Below, one piece after another: positions 9,629-18,694 of a DNA stretch of 64,000 bases. Each line of letters begins with the position of its first letter. Position 1 is the first letter of the stretch. A model generated the notes under the pieces. It saw only the letters and a program-made list of their open reading frames with translations, was not told the DNA's origin and did no database searches. The translations under genes were made by a program, and so were the position numbers. Source of the stretch: an uncultured Candidatus Saccharibacteria bacterium (GTDB lineage Bacteria; Patescibacteriota; WWE3; 2-01-FULL-39-13); contig OZ246395.1 of the NCBI GenBank assembly GCA_965230915.1, positions 858,431-922,430 of the forward strand, written 5' to 3'.

Positions 9629-12221
9629 CCTCCTTGCTTATAGGGATAGTAAAAGAAAAGGTCGAACCTTTGCCTTCTACGCTTTCGACACTAATATTCC
9701 CACCCCACGCTTCGATATATGCCTTCGCTACGTATAAACCCAAGCCTGATCCAGTTGTGTTTTGCTTAATTGCTTGTTCAGACCTGTAAAATTTCTTGTA
9801 AATCTTTTTTAAGTCATCAGATGAAATACCAATGCCGTGATCTTTAATGCTAATTTTCAAAAAATTTCCAGATACTTCTGTAAAAAGTTCAACAGTGTTT
9901 GAGGCACTACTATATTGAATAGCATTCATAACAAGATTCTCAATAACTTCTTGTAAGCGCATAGGATCAAGAAAGATTTTTGTATCTGAAATCTCTTTAG
10001 TAACAACAATGTTCATATCAGATTTTTTAGCTATTATGGACAATTGCCCTAATACTGTTTTCATAAATTCTGGCAAATCAACATTCTGAGGAGTGCTTAC
10101 TGCTTTTCCTTGGTCAAGTCGAGAAATTACTAATAAGTCCTTAACGAGCGAAAGCAGCCTATCGTTGCTTTTCTTTATTTCGTTGAAATATTCTTTCCCT
10201 ATTTTTGGTAATTTATTGAAATATTTTTCGGTACTAATAGCTTCTATATACCATTTTGCGATTCCTAAGGGCGTTCTTAATTGATGAGAAGCAAGCGATA
10301 CAAATTCACTTTTTGCACGATCTATCTCTTTTTCACGAGTAACATCATCGAACACACAAATTACAAAAAGTAACTTATTATCCCTACCGAGAACCGGAAC
10401 CCCTATAACGTGTAAATTTAATTTCTTACCTTTAGCATTTCTTACAAAAAGGTCATCTTTTTCTATAGATTTACTTGTATTTAAAACTATATTTACAGGT
10501 AATTCTTCTTCAGGATATTCTTGATCATCCTCACGTATAATTTTGTAGATCTTTGTATAATTGCCGGATTTTGCGGATTCTTTCACCCCTTGGCCAAGAA
10601 GCTCTTCTCCTCTAGGATTTATAATAAGAACTTTGCCCGATGTCCCTTCTACCATAAAGACACCTACAGGCAAATGCTCAAGTAGACCCTCTAGTTTGAA
10701 TTTTTCTTCTTCAATTCTTAACTTAGCTGCTTTTAGATCCTCAACTACTGCAACCATTTCCATACGTGCTTGTTCCTGTTCCTTATTCGACAATTCTAAG
10801 TCTTTTGTTCTTAAAATAAGTTCATCCTGATATTTCTTTCTTTCTGTAACATTTCGAACACTACAGTTAATAATATCCTTCATGCCAACCCTTATAGTGT
10901 TGCATACAACTTCAGTCGTAAGCCTTTGCCCAGATTTTGTTACCAAATGAATATTTTCATAATCGATATGCCCATTTTTGACTAATTTCTCCATTAAATT
11001 CTTTGCCTTTTCTCTATCCTGAAACCAATTGATAGTAATTGGATTCTTGCCAATCAGCTCAGCTTTTGAATATCCAAGCAATTTTTCGAAATACGGATTT
11101 ACATCAATAATTTTGAAATCAGCTGTATCCAAAAGTACTAGTCCGTCCCTAGCCGTTTCGAAAAGACTTTGATATTTTATTTCTGCTTCAGTCACTTTAT
11201 CATCTGATCTTTTAGCCTGAATATATAAGATAAAAAATAATAATAAGCTGAAAATTATACCGCTCGTTAATAATGACGACGATAAAATATCTCCGGAAGC
11301 ATATTCTCCAAATCCATTTGTAGACATATATTTCACGGTCCAAATATGATCCCCGACCCTTAGTGTCTTTATATCAGAGAATTCAGGATTATCACTCACA
11401 CCAACACTGTCTGGCCTATTACTTTCAAAAACAGGCTTAAAATTATGAAGTCCATCTTTATATTCACCATCGTAAACAGCCAATGATAGTCCATTAGCTT
11501 CCGATTGAGATATGATTCCTGTAAGGATATTTTCGGTAAGTAGAACAACATTCACAAATCCACTTACAAATTTAACCCTCTCCTCTGGCTGGGTATCTGA
11601 TACGTCTTTACTATATATAGGGATCGTCATAATAAACCCATCTTTATCATACGGGTGAATATTAATAATATTCGTTGTCGCGGGAATATTATTTTCAGCT
11701 GCTCTTTTTAAGGTTTCTTCTCTATCTTTATCCGTATATAAATCAAACCCATACATCTTCTCTACTTCAGGCGTTTCGGGAACAATATATTTAACCACTG
11801 CCGAAATAGAATTATTAGTATCAGGATATATTTTAAAATCTGGATAGCCACGCCCGTTTATCGAACGATCGTTACGAAACTCATTTGCAAATTGCAATTT
11901 ATTTTGTGCCGGAACGAGTTCGATATAGGAAACAAATTTAATGTCAGGATAGTCTGTGATTTTAGAAATACCGACAAAAGTTCGCCATTCATCTCTATTA
12001 ACTTGTGAACTCGCCTGAAAAAAAGCTTGTGTGGAATATAAAATGTTTTCATAAAACTTAGTCCTATTTTCAAGTGTATATTGAATAATATTTACTTTTG
12101 TATGAAACTCATCCAATCTTCTTTTTGCTGTTATATCAGTAATTTGTAAGTATACAAACAACGTGATACATAGTGAACAAATAAGAACTAAGATGGCAGG
12201 AATTAGTTTTTTGCTTCGCAT
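9615..12221 (-). CDS. Sensor histidine kinase: N-terminal TM, CHASE-like periplasmic sensor, second TM, PAS domains, HisKA, HATPase_c
   Basis: H-box FVSLASHQLRTPL and ATPase G-boxes GSGLGLYVAKAYIEAWGGNISVES...GKGSTFSF. Two hydrophobic segments flank a ~300-aa extracytoplasmic domain. Confidence 0.9.
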   Translation of the reverse strand: MRSKKLIPAILVLICSLCITLFVYLQITDITAKRRLDEFHTKVNIIQYTLENRTKFYENILYSTQAFFQASSQVNRDEWRTFVGISKITDYPDIKFVSYIELVPAQNKLQFANEFRNDRSINGRGYPDFKIYPDTNNSISAVVKYIVPETPEVEKMYGFDLYTDKDREETLKRAAENNIPATTNIINIHPYDKDGFIMTIPIYSKDVSDTQPEERVKFVSGFVNVVLLTENILTGIISQSEANGLSLAVYDGEYKDGLHNFKPVFESNRPDSVGVSDNPEFSDIKTLRVGDHIWTVKYMSTNGFGEYASGDILSSSLLTSGIIFSLLLFFILYIQAKRSDDKVTEAEIKYQSLFETARDGLVLLDTADFKIIDVNPYFEKLLGYSKAELIGKNPITINWFQDREKAKNLMEKLVKNGHIDYENIHLVTKSGQRLTTEVVCNTIRVGMKDIINCSVRNVTERKKYQDELILRTKDLELSNKEQEQARMEMVAVVEDLKAAKLRIEEEKFKLEGLLEHLPVGVFMVEGTSGKVLIINPRGEELLGQGVKESAKSGNYTKIYKIIREDDQEYPEEELPVNIVLNTSKSIEKDDLFVRNAKGKKLNLHVIGVPVLGRDNKLLFVICVFDDVTREKEIDRAKSEFVSLASHQLRTPLGIAKWYIEAISTEKYFNKLPKIGKEYFNEIKKSNDRLLSLVKDLLVISRLDQGKAVSTPQNVDLPEFMKTVLGQLSIIAKKSDMNIVVTKEISDTKIFLDPMRLQEVIENLVMNAIQYSSASNTVELFTEVSGNFLKISIKDHGIGISSDDLKKIYKKFYRSEQAIKQNTTGSGLGLYVAKAYIEAWGGNISVESVEGKGSTFSFTIPISKEGENA

Positions 12222-12313
12222 TTTAAATGTTTCTAATCTGTAACATACCTCCTTTTAAGTATATTGAATCTGCCATCGATGTCAAAATAGTATCTGGTTG
12301 TTAATACTTACTG

Positions 12314-12330
12314 TTGACTCATAGTCAACA
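12314..12330. promoter_or_regulatory. Perfect inverted repeat GTTGACTcatAGTCAAC in the divergent promoter region between the kinase operon and the XRE gene
   Basis: 7-bp arms with a 3-bp spacer, read directly; position fits an XRE-type operator. Confidence 0.45.
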
Positions 12331-12365
12331 TCTTCCTACAATCACACCATACTATTTATCAACTA

Positions 12366-12593
12366 ATGAAATTCGGAGACAGGCTGAAAGCAAAAAGGAA
12401 TAAATTAAATATTACCTCTCAAAATTTGGCAGATCTCTGTGGAATATCACGCAGCTATATAACACTTATCGAAAATAACAAGCGACTCCCCGGAAAAAGT
12501 GTAATTCCAAAACTTGCGAAAGCTTTAGACCTAGAAGTAACTGTAATAATAAATTGGTACCTTGAGACAGTAAGAGAAAGTTTGTCTAAATAA
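12366..12593 (+). CDS. XRE-family helix-turn-helix transcriptional regulator
   Basis: ITSQNLADLCGISRSYITLIENNKRLP is a canonical Cro/C1-type HTH. Confidence 0.8.
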   Translation: MKFGDRLKAKRNKLNITSQNLADLCGISRSYITLIENNKRLPGKSVIPKLAKALDLEVTVIINWYLETVRESLSK

Positions 12594-12684
12594 ATAAACT
12601 GTATTCATTGACTGCCATATAGAATTCCTCTATCTTATAACTTATATAGTTACATATTTGTAACAATATTTATAAACAACCTTT

Positions 12685-13056
12685 ATGACAAAAATTCTTA
12701 TAGTAGAAGATGAATTAGCCTATTTAAAACTACTAGAAAGCCAATTGTCCAAGGCAGGATATAAAATAGTTACTGCCGAGAATGGAAAAGTAGGATTAGA
12801 AAAATTCAAAAAAGAAAATCCCGACTTAGTTTTGCTAGATATAAAAATGCCAATTATGGACGGCATTGCAATGCTCGATGAAGTAAGGAAATTCGAAGGA
12901 ACCACAGACACTAAAGTTATAATGCTTACGAATCTGGAACCAAACGACCAGATAATTTCCGAAATTGTGATAGAACAACCCGCCTATTATTTTGTAAAAA
13001 GCGACATTAATATTTCAGATCTACTTAAAAAAATAAAGGAGCTAACTAAAAGTTAA
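12685..13056 (+). CDS. Stand-alone response regulator receiver (REC-only), paralog of 8848..9240
   Basis: KILIVEDE...DLVLLDIKMPIMDG. Preceded by palindrome GTTACATATTTGTAAC (12641-12656). Confidence 0.85.
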   Translation: MTKILIVEDELAYLKLLESQLSKAGYKIVTAENGKVGLEKFKKENPDLVLLDIKMPIMDGIAMLDEVRKFEGTTDTKVIMLTNLEPNDQIISEIVIEQPAYYFVKSDINISDLLKKIKELTKS

Positions 13057-13121
13057 TTACCTGTTATTTTAATGGGGCTTTTACGCTTAATTAAGGTTAC
13101 ATAACAGTAACATTACTAACG

Positions 13122-16100
13122 ATGGATTATTTTTCGGCAGAACAAACTGCAAAATTATTAGGAATCACAACGGATAAATTGAGCATTTTGGAACGTCAAG
13201 GCATCCTACATCCGTTAAAAACTGCAAACGGTAATATTCAATATCCAAAATCAGACATAGTGCAAATCAAATCTCACAATAGACATTCAATTTCTGAAGA
13301 AGCTGAGTTAATGGGCTCTGTTATACAAAAAGATCTTGTTAAATCAACATCTCTAATGAAGAAATCATTATATGTGGCAGGGAGTTTTATAGCTGTTTAT
13401 ATCTTATTAGTAATAATTTTTATTATTTCATTTAGTAGTAACCCGATCCAAACCGCCAAATGGCTTGGAATAATAAGAAATTCAGAAGCCACATCTACTT
13501 TAGCTCTGAATTCTAACGGCGGCAACGTTCTTGGAGCAAGTACTATAGAGAACGAAAAAGATTCCGTAGTACAAACAATTTTACAGCCAGTAGGCAAAGT
13601 CTCTTTAAAATTAGTCAAAAATATAAAACCCGATGCTTACGCGGAAGTTTCAGAAGTTACAATTCTCGACCCTAATGATGTTTTAAAATTAAATACAGAC
13701 GGGAATATGGTGCCTGAAAAACCAATAGATATCGCCGATAGCTCATTACTAAAAGTTAGAGAAAGCGATCTTGTCGAAAATTTAAACTCACAATATGTTC
13801 AAGGAAGACAACCTGGAACAAACCCCGGCGATTTAGCTATTGTTGGAGATAATAGCCAAGAAGTGGCTGCACCTATTATAGTGCAAGACAATACTTTGGC
13901 AGAAAAAATATCCGAACTCACCAATGATAATTTTTCGGGTAACGCAGCGATCTCGAATAGTAATCTGGCAAACTCAAGTATTACAATAAATACTTCAGGA
14001 CCGATTTCAGGTGGAGATACCATTGCCCTAGGAGGGGCCATAGACATTGACTGCCCTACATGTATAACCGATGATTCCGACTTTGTGACAGAAGGCAGCA
14101 CTAATACCTTCATAAATAAAAGTATAAACGCGACCGACAATACCATAACAGGTCTTAATTCGATTAATCTGGAGGCCGGCGATTATTCAAGTAAAATCAC
14201 AAGCGGAACATATTCAATAAATATAACCGGCACGGTTGATACAGCAATAAATTTTTCAGGACAACTTTTAGGAGACGTAACGGGAACCCAAACCGCAACA
14301 AGTGTAGAAAAAATAAAAGGACAATCCCTCGGGAATGTTTTACCGACATCGGGAAATATTCTTATCGGAAACGGTAGCGAATGGAACTCAGAGCTTTTAA
14401 GCGGAGATGCGACCATCGATGCGTCCGGCGTTATAACTTTAAAAAATACTGGAACCGCTGGCATTTTTGGCTCATCTAATTCAATTCCAATCATCACAAC
14501 CGACGCACAAGGTAGAGTTCTATCTGCATCAACTACATTAATCACAGGTTTAGGTCCATCAAGTCTTTCATCGGGTGATTATTCGTCCGTTATCAATTCA
14601 GGAATTTATAATATAGATATTTCGGGAAACGCTTCAACCGCTACTTCAGCCACTTCTGCAAATACAGCTACAACCGCAAATTCCGCGACTAATTTTACAG
14701 GGAACTTATTGGGCGATGTAACAGGTACACAAAGTTCAACAATCGTCGAAAAAATAAATGGCGAAAATTTAGGAATAGTTACACCTACTTCCGGAAATTT
14801 GTTAATTGGTAGTGGAACCGAATGGGTAACAAAATCTTTAAGCGGAGATGCAACAGTAAACTCTTCCGGTCTAGTTTCATTAGTAAACACAGGCACGGCA
14901 GGAACGTATGGCTCATCTAGCGAAATACCAGTTATTATAACCGATTCAAAAGGAAGAGTTACCGGAGTTGCTAATACATCAATAGCAAACTTAAGCGTTT
15001 CGAATTTTATATCTCAAAACATTTCGCAATGGACAAATGATTCATCTTTTATTACCAACTCATCCATTAATAACTTAACAAATAAAACTATCTCGGGAAT
15101 TACAAATACATTATCTGATATATCAAACTCTTCGCTTTCGAATTCTTCAATAACATTTGCGGGCAATGTCGGTTCTGGCAATATTTCACTTGGAAGCACA
15201 ATAAATATTCTTGGCGGAGGAATAAATTCAACATCTTATTCATCTGGAACGTTAACAATTACCGGCACCGAAGCCGATACTTTAAGTTCTGTTACCGGTC
15301 GTGGATCTTCAACAAACAATACACTCACTTTAAACGGAGGAATTAATACAACTACAACAACAAACTTAAATCTAGATACCGGAACCACAGGTTCAATATT
15401 AATAGGCACAGGTTTTAATTCCAAAAATATAGGAGTCGGAAACACATTCGGATCAACCAGCTTAAATCTTTTTTCAGGTACGGGAAATATAAATTTAGTG
15501 GCAGGTCCGACGAGTTCAAGTGAAAAAGTACAAATCGGGAATAGCGCATCGGCTACTCCCGACATACTTGTATTAGATAATGGAACAGCCGACCCATCAG
15601 GCATAAATGGTGCTATGTACTACAATACTGCTACAAATAAATTTAGGTGCTATCAAAATGGTTGGACTAATTGTATCAGTAATGTTGGAGCTGATATTCA
15701 AAACGCAGTTTCATATGACACCTCACAAGACTTAACAAATATTGGATCCGCACAAGTCACAGTCACGTCGGTAACGGTAACTCCAACGACGGCAACCGGA
15801 GATGTTTATGTTAGAGCAAAAGCTGAAATATTAAGCAGTAATGGAACAGATCAAACTCTAGTACTTTCGATAGAAGATAACGCAACTTGTACGGGATCAA
15901 CACTTACATCAAACCCGATAACAATAACTTCTGCTTCGGGAACAGTTATTGGAGATTTTGAATTGTCTGCAGTCGAAGTCGATGCTGGAACATCGCCGCA
16001 GTCTTATTCTTTATGCGCGTCTACAGCAACAGGAGATACCGACATCAGACTTTATCAAATGTTTGCAACTGTAATTGATACCGGATCGGACTTAGCAGAA

Positions 16101-16787
16101 ATTTACACAACAAAAGATGAAGATTTAGAAACCGGGGATATAGTTTCAATTGACCCTGACTTATCGACAGGTGTAATGAAAAGCTCCAAACCTTACGATA
16201 AAAGTGTTATTGGAATAGTCTCCACAAGTCCCGGAGTCGTAATCGGTTCAGTACAAAAAGAAGGCGTCAAAGCCATGCCTATTGCTTTAAGTGGACGCGT
16301 ACCGACCAAAGTGTCGACAGAAAACGGATCAATATACCCAGGAGACTACCTTACAACTTCATCTATTCCCGGTGTCGCTATGAAATCTACGAAAGCTGGT
16401 CCGATTATTGGAACCGCAATAAATTCATTCGATGACGATAAAGTTGGAAAAATTTTAGTCTTTGTTAAAAATGGATCTTCAAATATAGATTCGGGCGAGA
16501 ATGAATTTGTTAATTCCTTCGGAAAAACCACAGTTAAATCAGGTGAGTCCGAAGCTCAGATTGATTTCTCTGACGAATACAAAAAACAATTAGCAGATAC
16601 AAAAGTAAGTCCATTCATAAATATAAGCCCGAGTCTGAATGATGAAGATGAAATTGAGGACTTACCTCAATATGCCGTATTCGACATCTCTAAAGAAGGT
16701 TTTAAAATAAAAATTTCTAAGACAACAGGGTTTGATATTGATTTTTCGTGGGTCGCTGTTTCACCAAATTCCAAAAACCATGAGTGA
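13122..16787 (+). CDS. 1221-aa membrane-anchored protein: N-terminal MerR-type HTH, single TM, large S/T/N/G-rich extracellular region with a tandem ~135-aa repeat and a conserved C-terminal domain
   Basis: AEQTAKLLGITTDKLSILERQGILHPLKTANGNIQY matches the MerR HTH pattern. TM segment SLYVAGSFIAVYILLVIIFIISF. Internal tandem duplication ~14170-14990. Upstream palindrome GTTACataacaGTAAC at 13091-13106. Confidence 0.8.
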   Translation: MDYFSAEQTAKLLGITTDKLSILERQGILHPLKTANGNIQYPKSDIVQIKSHNRHSISEEAELMGSVIQKDLVKSTSLMKKSLYVAGSFIAVYILLVIIFIISFSSNPIQTAKWLGIIRNSEATSTLALNSNGGNVLGASTIENEKDSVVQTILQPVGKVSLKLVKNIKPDAYAEVSEVTILDPNDVLKLNTDGNMVPEKPIDIADSSLLKVRESDLVENLNSQYVQGRQPGTNPGDLAIVGDNSQEVAAPIIVQDNTLAEKISELTNDNFSGNAAISNSNLANSSITINTSGPISGGDTIALGGAIDIDCPTCITDDSDFVTEGSTNTFINKSINATDNTITGLNSINLEAGDYSSKITSGTYSINITGTVDTAINFSGQLLGDVTGTQTATSVEKIKGQSLGNVLPTSGNILIGNGSEWNSELLSGDATIDASGVITLKNTGTAGIFGSSNSIPIITTDAQGRVLSASTTLITGLGPSSLSSGDYSSVINSGIYNIDISGNASTATSATSANTATTANSATNFTGNLLGDVTGTQSSTIVEKINGENLGIVTPTSGNLLIGSGTEWVTKSLSGDATVNSSGLVSLVNTGTAGTYGSSSEIPVIITDSKGRVTGVANTSIANLSVSNFISQNISQWTNDSSFITNSSINNLTNKTISGITNTLSDISNSSLSNSSITFAGNVGSGNISLGSTINILGGGINSTSYSSGTLTITGTEADTLSSVTGRGSSTNNTLTLNGGINTTTTTNLNLDTGTTGSILIGTGFNSKNIGVGNTFGSTSLNLFSGTGNINLVAGPTSSSEKVQIGNSASATPDILVLDNGTADPSGINGAMYYNTATNKFRCYQNGWTNCISNVGADIQNAVSYDTSQDLTNIGSAQVTVTSVTVTPTTATGDVYVRAKAEILSSNGTDQTLVLSIEDNATCTGSTLTSNPITITSASGTVIGDFELSAVEVDAGTSPQSYSLCASTATGDTDIRLYQMFATVIDTGSDLAEIYTTKDEDLETGDIVSIDPDLSTGVMKSSKPYDKSVIGIVSTSPGVVIGSVQKEGVKAMPIALSGRVPTKVSTENGSIYPGDYLTTSSIPGVAMKSTKAGPIIGTAINSFDDDKVGKILVFVKNGSSNIDSGENEFVNSFGKTTVKSGESEAQIDFSDEYKKQLADTKVSPFINISPSLNDEDEIEDLPQYAVFDISKEGFKIKISKTTGFDIDFSWVAVSPNSKNHE
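14170..14990 (+). repeat. In-frame tandem duplication (~135 aa x2) inside the 1221-aa gene
   Basis: SGDYSSKITSGTYSINITG...GDVTGTQTATSVEKIKGQSLGNV...TGTAGIFGSSNSIPIITTDAQGRV repeats as SGDYSSVINSGIYNIDISG...GDVTGTQSSTIVEKINGENLGIV...TGTAGTYGSSSEIPVIITDSKGRV. Confidence 0.8.
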
Positions 16788-17865
16788 GAATAATTTTTAT
16801 GATGATGGCCCGGACTTCGGCCCAGATTCACTTGTAAATGAAATAAATTCTTTGGCACATAAATATTATCCCGCCGAAAACCCAAGCGAAATTCCTGAAA
16901 ATAACTTCACTCATCTGACTAGAAATATATACATTCAAGCCGGAGTTCCAGTCTTGGCTTTAACTTACTTAATGTTATTTAGCAATTCGCAAAACACGAG
17001 TGCTCAAAGCACTGTTGAAATTCATGTGGAACCCTCAACAATTGCGAATGCTGCGTGCTATCCGGATGAACTAGAATTCCAAATTACAAATGTAAATGAA
17101 GATAATGCTCCCGGAACAATTTGGGTCAGCTGGAACGACGAAACTTTACAAATTGAAATCTTTGCAGTAGATCAAAACGGTACTGCAATATATCACGTTA
17201 CTGATCCCGACTTGCTCGATGGAATATTGGAAGACTCATGGACAGAAATATTTGCACAATGGATAGGACAATTTGTAGTCAAAGGGTGTGCCACTCCAAC
17301 ACCAACATTCACTGCAACCTCAACGGAAACTCCAACACAAACCTATACAGCTACGGCAACTGAAACATCTACCGAGATGGCTACTTCGACTTCCACGTCT
17401 ACATCTACAGCAACGGCTACTTCGACCTCGACCCCAACTTTTACTGAGACACCTAACCCAACAGCGACAGCAACAGATACGTCAACAGCGACCCAAACTC
17501 CTAGCCCAAGTACAACATCAACTCCCAGCACAACCTCAACGCCAATTCCAAGCTCGACTTCTACATCAACGGAGACTCCAACTGTAACTTCTACAAATAC
17601 ACCAAATGCTACGACAACAGAAACTCCAACTCAAACCTTTACCAGTACTCCATCACCGACACAAACACGCACCAATACCCCTACTAATACTCCTGTTGAA
17701 TTGGTAGAAACTAACACTCCTACTTTTACGCCAGATCCATCGCCTACAGCCCCAACCCATACTGGCTCCCCCACACCAACAGATATAACGCCAAAACCTA
17801 CGGCGACAATAGAACCGACAGCTACGAAACCTAAAATATATGCCCCTGAAATCGAAAAAAACTAG
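16780..17865 (+). CDS. Secreted/surface protein with a long Thr/Pro/Ser-rich mucin-like C-terminal linker (start placed at the ATG overlapping the upstream stop in ATGAGTGA)
   Basis: Hydrophobic N-terminal segment VPVLALTYLMLF; ~170-aa TPT/TST low-complexity tract (17290-17800). The track start at 16732 overlaps the upstream gene, and the internal ATG at 16780 gives a 4-8-nt overlap typical of coupled genes. Confidence 0.65.
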   Translation: MSENNFYDDGPDFGPDSLVNEINSLAHKYYPAENPSEIPENNFTHLTRNIYIQAGVPVLALTYLMLFSNSQNTSAQSTVEIHVEPSTIANAACYPDELEFQITNVNEDNAPGTIWVSWNDETLQIEIFAVDQNGTAIYHVTDPDLLDGILEDSWTEIFAQWIGQFVVKGCATPTPTFTATSTETPTQTYTATATETSTEMATSTSTSTSTATATSTSTPTFTETPNPTATATDTSTATQTPSPSTTSTPSTTSTPIPSSTSTSTETPTVTSTNTPNATTTETPTQTFTSTPSPTQTRTNTPTNTPVELVETNTPTFTPDPSPTAPTHTGSPTPTDITPKPTATIEPTATKPKIYAPEIEKN

Positions 17866-17942
17866 TTGAGGGAGAAAAGGTAGTTAATAACGCTTGATAA
17901 AGGATACTGGTTAAAGTGGTTAATCTGTGAAAATTATATGTC

Positions 17943-17982
17943 TCCGCGGGCTGGACGTTATCAGAACTGAGGTTTTAGAATT
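17943..17982. repeat. att-like direct repeat, copy 1: the 14-nt 3' end of tRNA-Asn (TCCGCGGGCTGGAC) plus 26 nt identical to copy 2. Left boundary of the tRNA-Asn island
   Basis: 40/40 identity with 18645-18684. The first 14-15 nt equal the 3' acceptor/T-arm end of the tRNA at 19228-19302. Confidence 0.85.
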
Positions 17983-17984
17983 TA

Positions 17985-18046
17985 TTGAAGTTGTTTCGAC
18001 TTGACCTTCCCAAATCTCATCAGACACTAAGTGTAACAACTTGCAA
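17985..18046 (-). ncRNA. Type III hammerhead ribozyme (HHR-1), immediately 3' of gene 18131..18532
   Basis: Minus-sense 5'-UUGCAAGUUGUU^ACAC-UUA-GUGU-CUGAUGA-GAUUUG-GGAAGGU-CAAGUC-GAAA-CAACUUCAA. Conserved CUGAUGA and GAAA cores. Stem I is 4 bp with a triloop, stem II 6 bp with loop GGAAGGU, stem III 7 bp including A15.1:U16.1. Cleavage triplet GUU. Two paralogs covary. Confidence 0.85.
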
Positions 18047-18130
18047 GAATAAAGTATGACTGAGATTTCGGTATTTGAAACCGATTGAAGTGTAGCGCTA
18101 GGCTAAACTCTATTAATCTCAAGCAATACT

Positions 18131-18532
18131 CTACCCTTGCCTCTTGTGTGCTACTTTAAACTTGACCATACCGGCGCTCGTCATGAGCATCCATGATCCT
18201 GGGATAAACTGCACCCAGCCGTCGATCTCAATCTCATCGCCACCATTCCCTCGGTAAACCGAAGCTATTATGTTCAGGACTTTATCCCTGAACTCATCAG
18301 CAACAGTTTCCACAACCTCGCCAGGATTCGTCTGAATCTCGACATACAAATGTGCCGCATCTGGATCCACACTCAAAATCTCTAATCCAAACGCATTCAC
18401 GATTATATCGTCACTTGGCAAGCCATAATCCGTACCCGCCATAACCTTTACTTCACGGCGAATTTTATCTGTGGAATCAATCAAAAATGTCTTAACTCCA
18501 AGATCCATAGCTAACAGTTTAATCAGTGGCAT
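18131..18532 (-). CDS. Hypothetical 133-aa protein, GC-richer cassette gene P1
   Basis: Own promoter (TTTAAA-17-TATAAT) and SD AAGGAG 9 nt before the ATG; followed by HHR-1. No recognisable domain. Confidence 0.7.
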   Translation of the reverse strand: MPLIKLLAMDLGVKTFLIDSTDKIRREVKVMAGTDYGLPSDDIIVNAFGLEILSVDPDAAHLYVEIQTNPGEVVETVADEFRDKVLNIIASVYRGNGGDEIEIDGWVQFIPGSWMLMTSAGMVKFKVAHKRQG

Positions 18533-18585
18533 GGCTTTCGACTCCTTTTGCCATTTCTAAAACATACCTATTCGGAATTAATAGG

Positions 18586-18623
18586 ATTGTGCATGATTAT
18601 ACTATAAATACAGGTCGATTTAA
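18586..18623 (-). promoter_or_regulatory. Sigma70-type promoter of cassette P1 (TTTAAA-17-TATAAT) with upstream CCCATAGTATTT motif
   Basis: rc of 18586-18591 is TATAAT, rc of 18609-18614 is TTTAAA, spacer 17. Motif CCCCATAGTATTT directly upstream, next to the att repeat. Confidence 0.6.
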
Positions 18624-18644
18624 ATACTATGGGGCATAAATGGG

Positions 18645-18684
18645 TCCGCGGGCTGGACGTTATCAGAACTGAGGTTTTAGAATT
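18645..18684. repeat. att-like direct repeat, copy 2 (identical 40 nt), separating cassettes P1 and P2
   Basis: TCCGCGGGCTGGACGTTATCAGAACTGAGGTTTTAGAATT is identical to 17943-17982, 703 bp away. Confidence 0.85.
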
Positions 18685-18694
18685 AGTTAATTGG

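Noticed and set aside
9615-16787. Numerous 60-120-aa ORFs inside the histidine kinase and the 1221-aa gene (e.g. 10093..10284, 10561..10830, 13799..14146, 14183..14545, 15236..15604)
   Set aside because: Antisense or alternative-frame ORFs within long, well-supported genes; low-complexity or hydrophobic artefact composition.
17288-17587. ORFs 17288..17587 (+, Gln/Arg/Leu-rich) and 17343..17531 (-, Val/Ala/Asp repeats)
   Set aside because: Alternative-frame translations of the Thr/Pro/Ser low-complexity tract of gene 16780..17865; repetitive ACN/CCN codons open all frames.
17943-18684. The two identical 40-nt repeats as a possible CRISPR array
   Set aside because: Only two copies, 703 bp apart, and the repeat begins with the exact 3' end of the adjacent tRNA-Asn. 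An att-type duplication explains it. There are no short regular spacers and no cas genes.
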